A DNA stretch of 64,000 nt from Dictyostelium discoideum (taxonomy: Eukaryota). Positions 26,786 to 39,737 of the stretch are shown piece after piece; position 1 is the stretch's first letter, and each line of letters begins with the position of its first letter. A program made the translations under genes and the position numbers. The stretch is from NCBI GenBank assembly GCA_000004695.1, contig CM000151.3:4128001-4192000 (forward strand). Direction: 5' to 3'. The notes under the pieces are model-generated. The model saw nothing but the letters and a program-made list of their open reading frames with translations. It was not told the origin of the DNA and searched no databases.

Positions 26786-27229
26786 TTTATTTTTATTTTT
26801 ATTTTTATTTTTGTGTATTAGGAATACTGAAATATTTAAGTATGGATGAAAAGAAAAAAGATTTTTTTTTTTTTTTTTTTTTTTTTTATGAAATTGCACA
26901 TCCAAAAAAAAAAATCAAATAAAAATAAAAAAAAAAAAATTCAATAATTTCAACGAAAAATTAAAATAAAAAAACAAAAAAAAAAAATAAAAAAAGTAAT
27001 AATTACTTGTCCCCACACTTTCCAACTTTTAATAACTATTATGTGTCAAATTCAGTGATAATTTTTTTTTAATTGAATTAAACAAACTAAAATTAGTTTT
27101 ATGTACAACTAATTATTATTTATTTTATTTTTTTTTATTTTTTTTATTATCACATGATAAAAAAAAAAATTTTAAATTGAATTGTTTCATTTTTACATTT
27201 TAGATTTTATGGGCTCTATATAAAATCAA

Positions 27230-27263
<34 letters not shown>

Positions 27264-27931
27264 CATTACTTTAAAAAAATTAGAGGGTAAAAAAATATAT
27301 AAAAACAGAAACCAAATACTAAAAATGCATTAACATAAACCCAATACTAAAAAATGTTATTTAAAAATAGAATACTTAATTTTTTTTTTTTCTTTTTTAA
27401 AAAAACATAAATCAAATGATATTTTAGATTTTTTAACTTTCTAAAAATAAATAAATAATAAAATAATAATAATTAAAAATTTTTTTTTCATATAAAATTT
27501 AATCCCTACTCGTTGTTCTTCAAAATAAAACAATTACAAAAAATGGATGATAAATAATTAAATTTTAAAAATAAAATAAAATTGCTTGTTTAAAAAAAAA
27601 AAAAAAAAAAAATGAAAAAAAAAAAATGAATTGAGAAGGTTTTTTTTGTCTTCCCGAAGAATAATTGGTTTTTTTTTTTTAAACAAGCAATTTTAAAAAT
27701 AAAAATGATTGCCGAAGATAATTTTTAAAAAATAATATAATACGTAATTTTAAATCTATTTTTAAAAAAAACCTTGTAGAATATTAATAATTTAATATAA
27801 AAATGAATTTTTTTTTTTTTTTTTTCATTCAACCAAAAACCAAAAACAAAAAAAAACTAAATAAAAAACAAATATATATTTATATATTAAATAATTTTAA
27901 CTCTATAATAAACTAATTTTAAATTTCAAAA

Positions 27932-28166
27932 ATGATCGAAATTAATAATAAAATTGATTACATTTTCTATACAAATAATACTCCAAACACCTATAAAATC
28001 CAATTAATTTTACTCGAATTACAAAAGGAATATGGCATTACTTTTGAAAGTAGATTTATTAATGTATTTAAAAAAGAAAATTATTCTGATGATTATATAA
28101 AGGTAATTACAAAATCAAAATCATTTCTTTATAATTTTAATTATTTATATTTAATATTAATTATTT

Positions 28167-28234
<68 letters not shown>

Positions 28235-28922
28235 GATTAACCCAAATAAAAAAGTTCCAGCAATTGTTGATCAAACTGGTGAAAAACCATTTATTGTTTT
28301 CGAATCAGTATCAATTTTAATCTATTTAGCACAAAAGTTCAATACTTTTCTTCCAGACTTTAAAACAAACCCACTTGAAAATTCAGAAGTTATTACATGG
28401 ACAGTTTGGCAAGCAGGTATGTAATTAATTATATATCTCTATATGTATAGAATTAATATTAATGTTTTTTTTTTTTTTTTTTTTTTTAATAGCTAACCTT
28501 GGACCAGCATTTGGACAATATTTCCATTTTTCATTCTTTTCACCAACTGTTCAAGAATATTCTTTACATAGATTTAATAATGAAGCACAACGTATTCTTA
28601 GATTATTAGACGATAGATTATCAGATCAACATATATTGGTGGAAATGAATTTTCTATTGCAGATATTGCAAGTGCAGGTTGGTTATTATACTTAAACTCT
28701 GCACCATTATATAATGCAACTAAAGAACGTTTCCCAAATATTTTTAAATGGTTAGATTTAATCAATCAAAGAGAATCAATTAAACAAGTAAATCAATCAA
28801 TTTCAGATGGTTTTAAAAATTTTAATCCAAGTTTACTTCGTGCATTATTTACAAATGATCCAGAATTAATTAATGCTAAAGCTCCAATTGGTATTGAAAA
28901 TGTTATTTTAAAATATGATTAA
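27932..28922 (+). pseudogene. Ure2p/Nu-class-like glutathione S-transferase with an apparent 1-nt frameshift in exon 3 (pseudogene or sequence error)
   Basis: Exons 27932..28102 (donor AAG|GTAATT), 28236..28416 (acceptor after T30-AATAG; INPNKKVPAIVDQTGEKPFIVFESVSILIYLAQKF..; donor G|GTATGT), 28493..28922. Exon 3 reads ANLGPAFGQYFHFSFFSPTVQEYSLHRFNNEAQRILRLLDDRLSDQ in one frame. It then needs a shift near 28627-28632 to continue as TYIGGNEFSIADIASAGWLLYLNSAPLYNATKERFPNIFKWLDLINQRESIKQV..KYD* (stop 28920-28922). The unshifted frame stops at 28693-28695 after nonsense ..HILVEMNFLLQILQVQVGYYT. Confidence 0.6.
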
Positions 28923-28980
28923 AAATAAAATAAAAAATAAAATAAAAAATAAAATAAAATAAAAAAAGTACATAATTTAT

Positions 28981-31900
28981 TTAATCGGAATTTGGAATTG
29001 TTTGTTGTTGTTGTTGTTGGTTATTTAAATTTAAACGATCTTCATGAGTTGCACCAGTTAATTTTAAAAATACTTGTTCTAATGAAGTTTGACTAACTGA
29101 ATAATCATCTAAAATTGAAGATAATTCTGTTGAAAGTATATTGAAAATCTCTGAAACTTTAATTGGATTTTCAGGTGGATTTGGTAATTCTAAACTTGCC
29201 ATTAAATCATGTTGATCTAAAATAGTTGCATTTGGGAAACATTCTAAAACACATTGAAGACTTTGTGGAATACCAACTTCTAAACAACTCTTTTTAAATT
29301 TAACTTCAACTGAATACCCTGCTCCAAATTTAGATTTAATATGTTGAGTTGATCCTAAACATTTGAATTGACTAATAATAATAATAAAATATTAGTAAAA
29401 ATAAAAAGTAAAAAATTAAATAATTATTATTTATATTTACCCATCTCTCATAATTGTCATTCTTGAACATAATGCTTGAATTTCAGACATTGAATGAGAA
29501 GTTAAAATGATGACTTTATTTTTACCCAATTCACTAATTACTTGACATTGACGGTATCTAATGATTGGATCACAACCTGATGATGCTTCATCGATTAAAA
29601 CTACTGATGGATTACCAAGCATTGCAATTGATAATGAAACTTTTCTTTTATTACCACCTGAATAACCACCAGTATTTGAATTTGCAATTTTACCAAGATC
29701 CATCATTTTAATGAATGCTTCAACTACTAGTGATATTTTATCATCTGGTACACCTTTGATTGCACAATATAGAGATAACTGTTCACGAGCAGTTAATAAT
29801 GTTATTAATGCATCAAATTGTGGACATACAGAAACACCACGTAAAGCTTGAGCTCTATCGGTTACTAAATCATGACCATTGATAGTTATTTGACCACTTG
29901 TTGGTAGAATATCACCAGCTAGCATACTAACGGTTGTAGTTTTACCAGCACCATTTAAACCAAGTAAACCAAATGTTTGACCTTGTGGTATACCCAATGT
30001 TGAATTATATACTGCATTTTTATTTGGATTTTTACCCTTACCAATGAATAATTTATGTAAACCTTTATATTGTAACATATCACCACCACCACCACTACCT
30101 TGGTCTGTGGATGGTATTGGTGACATTGATTCCAACCTAATTCTTTCAGCAGAGACATCAGAATCTTCATCGATAGGAGGTGGAGGTGGTAGAATGGTTT
30201 TTGGATTTCTTAAATAACCTTTAAACTCTGGTGAATAATCTATTAATAATATGAATATAGTCCAAACTACAACATGTACTGATAAAATTATTATTGGGGT
30301 TGAGGCATAATGTAGTGACCAATAATCATCGATTTTTAATGCACCTAATCTTAGAGAACCTGGGAAACCTGAAATTATGAAAATCACTCTTGAAAATGCA
30401 TATAATGGTGATAAAATATTGAATACTATATCAATGATATCTGCAATATTCTCTAGTGATGATGAATTTTTAATAATTACTTCAATTCTTAAAATTATCA
30501 TTGCAATTGTCATAATTACACCAATTGAAAAATGAATTGCAGTGATTGCACCAGTTGATTTACCAAATGATGAAAATTTGAATGAGAATAAATAAGATAA
30601 TGGTATGATTGATAATGAGAATAAAACTAATGATAAAAAGAATAACCCAAATTGATCATTAAATTTATCATCAACAATTGCTAATATAATACAAGTGATT
30701 AATAATAAAATAAATGCAAAGAAATAATCCCATAATAAATTTGATACCCAATAAATATACTTTTTACAACCTGATATATATAATAACCTTTTAATTCTAT
30801 TTGTACGCTCTTGAGAGATACTACCAGCAAAAGAACCTGCCATCAATGAAAATCCAGCCATCATAATTACAATGAAATAAACAATTGATTGAATATTCAT
30901 ACCTTGACTTGCCTTTTGAAAACTTGTTAATATATGATCAAATGGTAAAGAAGTACATTCTATACCTATACCATTATGATTTCTTAATAGAGCATCATTT
31001 ATTAAATTTACATGAACTGGCCAAGAATGAATATAATTAAAATTAAATAATGAATTATATGATATTACTTTAGTTGTATTATTAATTAATGATGATGATA
31101 ATGGTATTGTGAAATTAATTGAACCTGATGATTGTTTATAATTATTAATTAAATATTGATTAAAGTTAATTGAGTTATTTAAATACTGAAATTGATTAAA
31201 GTATGGTGAATTTGATAAGAATTTATTGAAATCAAATTCTGAAGTTGTGCCAGCCAATTGAATTGGTACGATATCATTTTTACCATACTGTTGAAGTAAT
31301 GAAAATGTTAAAGGTTCTGTTGAATTATTATAAAATATAACCTCATTATCAACTTCTTTGAAAACTATAATTGATCCAATTATAACTAGTAATGGTAATA
31401 GTAATGATAATAAAAATGCTTTAAAATCTTTTGAAGATGTTTTAACACGTTTAATTAATAATGCTTTTAATTGTTGCTTTGATTTTATACCAGTTGATGA
31501 AACTCCAATTGATCTTTTTAATTCATCATCATTGCCATTACCATCTGCAATTGAAAGCGCATCAGTATCGATATCTGTACCGATTTTCAAGAAAACCTCT
31601 TCCAAAGTGGTTACACTAATACCATAGGAATCAATATGAAAATTTGATAAATTCTCATCAAAATCTTTAAAGAATTTTGAAAATACAGGTAATGAAGCAG
31701 TTGGTAATCTAAATGAAATTTCTGAACCTGCATTTGAAAGTACAGTTACATCAGGTATTTGATCTCTTATGAATTGAGTAACTTGATCAACATTGAATTG
31801 ATCAATGGTATTCAAAGATTTACTACAAGTTAATAAATAACCAACACCATATTTATTCTTTAAAAATAATGAACTACCATCAGTAATTAATTTACCATGT

Positions 31901-34118
31901 GATATAATGGAAATTCTATCAGATAAATAATCTGCTTCATCTAAATAATGAGTTGTAAGAATTATAGTTTTACCCTTTTTATGAGATAATAAAAAGTCCC
32001 ATACTTTTCTACGCGAACTTGGATCCATGCCTGAGGAAACCTCATCCAAGAATATTATAGTCGATCTACCAATGAAAGCAATGCCTAGGCAAAGTTTACG
32101 TTTTTGGCCACCTGATAGTGAGCCAGCTGGTGTGTGTAGTTTTTCACCCAAATCAATCTCATTTGCCATTTTCAAAGACTCAGATTTAATTTGTTTTTTA
32201 TTTGTTATGCCTTTTAATGATGCATATATTTCTAAATGTTCCAATACAGTTAACTGATTCCAAATGATATCAGTTTGTAAACATACACCCGTACATTTTC
32301 TAATTTCATTCATTTGATAAGTTATATCATTACCAAGTATGAATGCTGTACCGGATGTTGGTGATAATAGTCCAGTTAACATTGAGATTGTTGTTGATTT
32401 TCCACTACCGTTTGGACCTAATAAACCATGAATTTGACCATCAAACATATCTAAATTTAAATCATTTACTGCAATTCTTAAACCATCACCAGTTTTAAAT
32501 TCTTTTCTTAAATTTCTAATTGAAATTGTTGTTTTATTTCTAACTTCAATTGGTACCATTTCAATATTATCATTATTATTATTTTGAATAGTTGATTCTA
32601 TATCATTATAATTGTATTCTTTATTTTTATTCTTTTTATTAATTTTACCAGCACCAACTGTCCAATACCTTTTTGTAAATAAAAAATACCATGGTTCTTT
32701 TGTACCATATTCAGTTTTAACGATTTTATCTAAATACCAAATTAAAAATGTATAAAATATAATATTAAATACAAATGTACCTATTATTTGTTTTTCTGAT
32801 ATTACTTGATTTAAATTTATTGTTGAAATCGTGTCTGGTATATCTCTAATTGACATTATATAGAATGAACATGCTATGCCAATCGGTGAGAATATACAAC
32901 ATAATAATAATTTAATATGTATATTTATAATCTCATATTCACCAATGAAAATACCACATATATTAATTAACAATATCGTTAAGAATGTTAACAATCCTGC
33001 AAATTTAGATTTATCAAAAAACATTGAGAATATAAATGCAAGCAATTGCAATGTTAACAAGTATAATATCAATGTAACAATAACGATAATCCATGAAGTT
33101 GAATGAATCACCTGACTACCTTTTAAAATTACAATTATAATTAAATCAATTGGTAGTGCAGTCACTAGTGATGTGATAATCCATGATATGAAATAACAAT
33201 ATTGGTTTAACCCCATTATACTCATACCTTCCCTAATCTTTGTTTCCTTCTCAACTACTAATTCCGTCACCAATCTAAAAGTGAATATTAATAAAGCAGC
33301 AGATACAAACACTGATCCTGCACTCTTAAATACCGATTCCCTCCCATTTATCCATTTTTGCCATAACTCTACATACGGGTCAGGATAACGTTGTCCATTA
33401 ATTACCAATTTATAATCCAATCCAAAGTATCCAAATATTGCTTGATCCATTGCAATTTGAATATATGCCCAATTCTTTGTTAAATAATCACTACTATCAA
33501 TACCATTATCTTTAACTTTATTTGAATCTAAAACACTATTTGAATCTAATCGTATACTATATTTAAATGAGTTTGTTGTGGTGTTGGTGTTGGTAGTATT
33601 AGCTACTGATGATAATTGATTACTTTCAAACCAAATTCCACCAAATACTTGTGTTGAGTTAATTTGAAAATAATTCTCCATTTCTGATTTATCATTAATC
33701 TCTTTAAAATATACATCAACTTCACTAATACTTTTATTTAATTCATTTGATAATTGAAATTTCATCATATCAATAACTCCCTTTTGTTCAACATTTAATG
33801 ATCCTGCTTTTCCACCATATATTATTATATTATTTTCATTAATTCTATTTGAAAATTGAGTTGTTTTTATTAAATCATAATTTGGTTTAAAAAGTTGTAC
33901 TAATACTATATATATATATTTAATTAAATTAAATTAATATAAAAAATTATTTATTTATTTATATATATATATTATAACTAATTACCTAAAATTGCAAATA
34001 CAAGTAATACAATAATAATTGGAAAAACAATTTCACAACAAATTCCACATTTTGATTTTGATTTTAATAATAAATTCTTTTTTAAAAGAGTTTTTAATTG
34101 TGATGACTTCTCTCCCAT
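28981..34118 (-). CDS. ABC transporter, ABCA subfamily full transporter (2 TMD + 2 NBD), about 1662 aa, 3 exons
   Basis: Exon 1 34118..33986 (MGEKSSQLKTLLKKNLLLKSKSKCGICCEIVFPIIIVLLVFAIL, donor G|GTAATT), exon 2 about 33905..29441 (ORF 29437..33768; NBD1 GPNGSGKSTTISML, LSGGQKRKLCLGIAFIG..IIFLDEVSSGMD; NBD2 GLNGAGKTTT, YSGGNKRKVSLSIAML..LIDEASSGCD; donor GG|GTAAAT), exon 3 29371..28981 (ORF 28981..29202, ..SLEQVFLKL..). Total 4989 nt = 1663 codons. Plus-strand ORFs 31358.., 32027.., 32876.. inside are antisense artefacts. Confidence 0.9.
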
Positions 34119-34200
34119 TATTTATATATATATTTAATATTATTTTTTTTATTTTTTTTTTTTAATCAAAAATTTATAAAAAAAAAAAAAATATTAAATA

Positions 34201-34324
<124 letters not shown>

Positions 34325-34414
34325 AATAAATATTACAATATAAAAATTATAAAAATTAATAAAATAAAAATGTATTTGTGTTTATTTAGTTTTTTTAAAA
34401 ATAAATGAACAAAT

Positions 34415-34446
<32 letters not shown>

Positions 34447-35430
34447 AAAAAAAAAAAATAAAAAATTAATATAAATAATTAAAATAATAAAAAAATATAA
34501 AATAGTGTGTTGTTAATGAAAAATTATTAAATAACGGTTATGTTGATTCTTTTTTTTTTTTTTTTATTTTATTTTTATTTTATTAATTTTTATTTTTATT
34601 TTTATTTTTATTTTAAATTTTATTTCTAAAAATAAAATTCTATTTAAAAAATATGAGATGTAAATATTTTTTTTTTTTTTTTTTTTTTTATTAAACCAAT
34701 GCAAATTTGGAAAAAAAAGAAAATAATAATTAAAAAAATAAAAAAAATTGAATGATCCTATTAAAATTATTTTTTTGATTTTTTGTTTGATTTTTTTTTT
34801 TTAATTAATTATATGTTGACATCATAAAAAAGCCCCTTTTGTTGAAAATAATAATAATCATTCAAAAAAATTAGTGGTAGATGTGTATAATTAAAAAAAA
34901 AAAAAAATATCATTTGTGTGTGGGGGTGGGGGTGGTGGTAGTGTGCATAATTAAAAAAATAAAAAAATAATAAAATGAAATAAAATGAAATAAAATCATA
35001 TAATAAATGGCAAAATTATTTTTTTTTTATTTTTTAGTTTTTATTTTTTATTTTTTAATTTTTAGTTTTTATTTTTATTTTTTTTTTTTTTCTTAATTAT
35101 GTATATAAATAGGTGTGTCATTAATGAATTAAATGGAAAAAAAAAATTCATTTAAATGAGTCGATAATTATTAAAATGTGTTGTCGCCCCTTTCTTTTTT
35201 TTTTTTTTTTATAAAAAAAAAATATATATATTTATAAATATATAATTTATAATGGTATTTATTTTTACTATTATTCAAAAGTAAATCTATCTTAAGGATA
35301 TTCGTTATATTTGGTTTTTTTTTTTTTTTTTTGGTTTTTTTTTTTTGGTTTTTTTAAAAATTCTAATAATCCCTTTTAATAAATAATCGGTTTCTATTTC
35401 CCTGGTAAGATAAACATTCACTCGCTTCCT

Positions 35431-35930
<500 letters not shown>

Positions 35931-36152
35931 TTAACTATCAGAGTGGGAAAGAATTTGTAAATATGAGTTTGTTAAAAAGGATGCAATATTAATTTTTTCG
36001 ACAGAGTTTCTATTTTTGATACCATCTAATTGATAAATGTTGATCTTTGGTTGCTGATTGGTAATTGTTACACCTTTTCTATATGGATTGACAATACTTG
36101 GTAAAACTAATAAAAAGCCAACTAATAATACTAAAAAATATTTAATTTCCAT
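35931..36152 (-). CDS. Small ORF (73 aa) with strong N-terminal signal peptide, ending immediately before the (GAT)n array; possibly exon 1 of a secreted His-rich protein
   Basis: MEIKYFLVLLVGFLLVLPSIVNPYRKGVTITNQ..SHSDS*. Hydrophobic h-region; no other support. Confidence 0.25.
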   Translation of the reverse strand: MEIKYFLVLLVGFLLVLPSIVNPYRKGVTITNQQPKINIYQLDGIKNRNSVEKINIASFLTNSYLQILSHSDS

Positions 36153-36183
36153 TTTTATTTCTTTTTATTTTTCTGTGTCTGCG

Positions 36184-36216
<33 letters not shown>

Positions 36217-36826
36217 CCCTGGGGGGTTTTTTTTTTTTTTTTTTTTGGTTTCAAATATTAATTAAAATATTTATTATTCTTGAAAAAATTATAAATAAAA
36301 TAAATTTTTATAAAAAATATTTATATTATTATTATTATTATTTATATAATTATAATTTAAATATTGATATAAGTGTATATATAAAAAAAAATTATTTTTA
36401 TTTTTTTATTTATTTTTATTTTGCTTATTGCGTTTTTTCTGAAATGAAAAATAAAAAACTATTGCTCAAGATTTTCATTTTTTTTTTAAAAATATTTTTT
36501 TTTGACCATTTTTAAAATTATTTTTTTTTATTTTTTTTTTTTTTTAAAAAAAAGTTTTTATTTTTTTTTATTTTTATTTTCTTTTTTTTTATTTTTTTTT
36601 TAAAAAAAATTACAGTTGCTGAGGTGGTTGTCCAACTGAAAAAAACTTAAAAAAAAAGAAATCAATTTATCCAAACCCACTTTCTCGCATCTACTCATCC
36701 CAAATCGTTAGATCATCGAATATTCCAAATTAAAAAAAAAAAAAAAAATTAAAATTTAAAAAAAAAATAAAAAAAAAAAAAGAAAATTTTAAATTTTTAT
36801 TGTATACACTAATAAACAAAAAAAAA

Positions 36827-37996
36827 ATGTCGTCTCTGAGTAATTTAAAAGAACAATTAGAAAAAAAGAGGAAAGAAGCACAATTAAAGAATAGTAATAA
36901 CAACAACAACAACAACAATAACAATAGTAATAGTAATAATGGTTGTGATAAAAGTGAAGAACCAGCAACAAAAAAATATAAAACTAGAGGAGAAATTGAT
37001 AAAGAATTAAAACAAAAAAAAGAAGAAGAAAGAATAAAAAAAGAAAAAGAAAAAGAAAAAGAAAAAGAAAAAGAAAAAGAAAATTATAATAATAATAACA
37101 ATTCAAATGTAAATAGTAATAAAAATGAAAATAATATAAATATAGACAATGATAATGATAGTAATGATAAAATAAATAAATTAAAAGAAAATGAAGGATT
37201 TTTACCAGATATAGTTGTAATTCAAAGATTAAGAGAAAGAAGTCAACCAATTACTTATTTTGGAGAAACATCAATTGATAGGGCAATGAGATTAAAGAAA
37301 TTAGAAGAGAATGATCCGATAGAGTATACACAAGGTGATAATGAATTTGCAAATATTTTAAAACAAATTGAACAAAGGAAAATGAAAAAACATCAAGACA
37401 GTGCCGATAATGAGAAAGAAAAAGAAGAAAATGAAAATAATGATAAAAAAAAACAGCAACAGCAACAAGAGAATGAAGAAAGTGAGGAGCAGGAGTTGGA
37501 GAGATTGAGAATTGATTCTAGTAAATGCAAAGAATCTAAAATTTTATACTTTTTAAAGGGTTTGTTAAATGATTGGATTACAAATTTAGAGAATCGATCA
37601 GACGATGAAAAGAAATCGAGACAGGGTAAAATCGCCGAAGCGACCTATTACCAATGTAAATCGCATATTCAGCCACTATTTACATCGTTGCGAGAGAAAA
37701 CCCTATCCATTGATATATTGGAGCATATTAATGAGATTGTTGAGTTTTGTAAATCGCGTGAATACGTTCGTGCAAATGATGAGTATCTTCAAATGGCAAT
37801 TGGTAATGCACCTTGGCCAATGGGTGTCACTATGGTTGGTATTCATGAACGTTCAAGTAGAGAGAAAATCTTTTCGAATCAAGTAGCTCATGTACTAAAT
37901 GATGAAATGCAAAGAAAATACATTCAAGCTGTCAAACGTTTAATGACATTTTGTCAAACTCAATACCCAACTGCTCCAAGTAGAAGTATTGGTTAA
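36827..37996 (+). CDS. Pre-mRNA splicing factor Prp18 (PRPF18 homologue), single exon, 389 aa
   Basis: MSSLSNLKEQLEKKRKEA.. start (ATG 36827; an upstream in-frame ATG at 36800 is less likely given the Prp18 N-terminus). C-terminal Prp18 domain: MAIGNAPWPMGVTMVGIHERSSREKIFSNQVAHVLNDEMQRKYIQAVKRLMTFCQTQYPTAPS, near-identical to human PRPF18. Confidence 0.85.
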   Translation: MSSLSNLKEQLEKKRKEAQLKNSNNNNNNNNNNSNSNNGCDKSEEPATKKYKTRGEIDKELKQKKEEERIKKEKEKEKEKEKEKENYNNNNNSNVNSNKNENNINIDNDNDSNDKINKLKENEGFLPDIVVIQRLRERSQPITYFGETSIDRAMRLKKLEENDPIEYTQGDNEFANILKQIEQRKMKKHQDSADNEKEKEENENNDKKKQQQQQENEESEEQELERLRIDSSKCKESKILYFLKGLLNDWITNLENRSDDEKKSRQGKIAEATYYQCKSHIQPLFTSLREKTLSIDILEHINEIVEFCKSREYVRANDEYLQMAIGNAPWPMGVTMVGIHERSSREKIFSNQVAHVLNDEMQRKYIQAVKRLMTFCQTQYPTAPSRSIG

Positions 37997-38060
37997 TATT
38001 TTAATTTTAAAATTATATTAATTAATAAATAAATATACTATAAATAAAATTATAAATTAA

Positions 38061-38130
38061 TTTTTTTATAAAATTAAAATACATAACTTTTTCTCATTTA
38101 GTCACTAATTTTCCTTAAAAAGCCATTATC

Positions 38131-38180
<50 letters not shown>

Positions 38181-38281
38181 ATATTTAAAGGAATTTAAAA
38201 ATATTAATAAAATATTTTTTGAAATTGTTTTCCAAAATTATACAAGAATTTAAAAAGTTTGACTAAGAATCTTGGATTGTC

Positions 38282-38315
<34 letters not shown>

Positions 38316-38500
38316 ATAAAGTTCAATTACTAAAATGGATATTTTTTTTAAAATAAAAATATATTACACTACAAATACATATATAACTTTTTCTCATTGA
38401 GTTACTAATTTTCCTTTAAAAGCCATTATCAATTGAAAAGAAAATTAAAATATTTTTTGAAATTGTTTTCAAAAACTTTACAAGAATGTAAAAAAAAAAA
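38061..38500. repeat. Direct duplication of an about 170-bp non-coding element (copies about 38061-38260 and about 38330-38500)
   Basis: ataactttttctcatt[t/g]ag t[c/t]actaattttcct(t)aaaagccattatcaatt .. aaaatggatattt .. aatattttttgaaattgttttc(c)aaaa..tacaagaat[t/g]taaaaag appears twice in the same order, about 300 bp apart, downstream of Prp18. Confidence 0.7.
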
Positions 38501-38957
38501 AGTATTATTTGGTGAAAAAAAAAGTTATGAAGTTCAAAAAATGAAATTAAAAATATCAAGATTTTTAATAAATAAATTTAATTTAACCTTATTATAATAA
38601 AACTTTTCAACAGGAAAATGAAAATAATAATAATAAAAATAAAGAAAAGAAATTATAAAAATAAAAAAAAAATATGTACCTCTTTTCAACTCAAATTAAA
38701 ACATTATTTTAGTCCAGACTGAAAAAAAAAAAAAAAAATAAACAAAAAATTATTAACTGATCGTTTTTAATTAATTTTTTTTGTTTTTTTTCTTTTTTTT
38801 TTTTATTATTTTTTTTTTTTTTTTTTTCAAATATCTGGGCTCAGAGTATAAAAAAGAAAAAAAACAAAAAAAAAAAAAAAAAATTGAAACACTGGTGTGA
38901 CCAAACAGATTGTGGAAAATAATTTATAAAAAAAAACTCAACCAGGCCAAAATTTTG

Positions 38958-38995
<38 letters not shown>

Positions 38996-39399
38996 AATTT
39001 TTCATTCATTTTTTTTTTTTTTTTTTTTTTTAATTTTTTGATTTTTTTTTTTTTTATAATTTTTTAATTTTTCACATATTTTTTAATAAAGAAAGTAAAC
39101 ATAATAAATAATTTCGTTTTGGGAGTAAGTTTTATTTTAATTAATCGTCTTTTTTTTTTTTTTTCTCTCCTCTCTTTTCTTCATTCATTCATTCATTTAA
39201 AATAATAATAATAAAAATTCTAATATTTTTTATTTTTTTATTTTCAAATTTTTTTTAACTTCAACCATCATCACCATCAAAAAATAATTATGAAAAAACG
39301 AATTTAAATTTAGTTATTATAAAATTATTATTTTTTAAAAAAAGTAATATTTCAATTATTTATTTATTTATTATTTATATAAATCAACAATAAAGAAAA

Positions 39400-39691
39400 A
39401 TGAATTTTAGAGAACTTGATACATCAAATGGTGTTAAAGCTGCTGAAAGTTCATTCAGAACTAAAGTAGTTTTAGCAAGAGAAATTCCATGGAATGGATT
39501 TGCATCATCAAATTCAATCACTTCAGAACAATATAATTTAATCTCAAAATATGATAAACATACTGATGCTGAAAAGAAAGAGAAATTTGCTGCTGTAGGT
39601 TATATTTATTATTTAATTTAATTTTAGTTAGAATTCATAGTGTTTTTATTGTTTTTCAATGAAATCAAACCCCTGTCTCCCCCACCCTCAT

Positions 39692-39737
<46 letters not shown>

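Noticed and set aside
29955-33106. Plus-strand ORFs 31358..31627, 32027..32257, 32876..33106 and minus ORF 29955..30170 inside the ABCA gene
   Set aside because: Short antisense or alternate-frame ORFs embedded in a 4.4-kb exon with unmistakable ABC-transporter motifs on the minus strand.
36800-36826. Upstream ATG (36800, MYTLINKKK) as the Prp18 start
   Set aside because: The downstream Met (36827, MSSLSNLKEQLEKKRKEA) matches the conserved Prp18 N-terminus (MD.LKAEIARKRKQ), whereas the 9 extra codons are A-run derived; kept as an alternative only.
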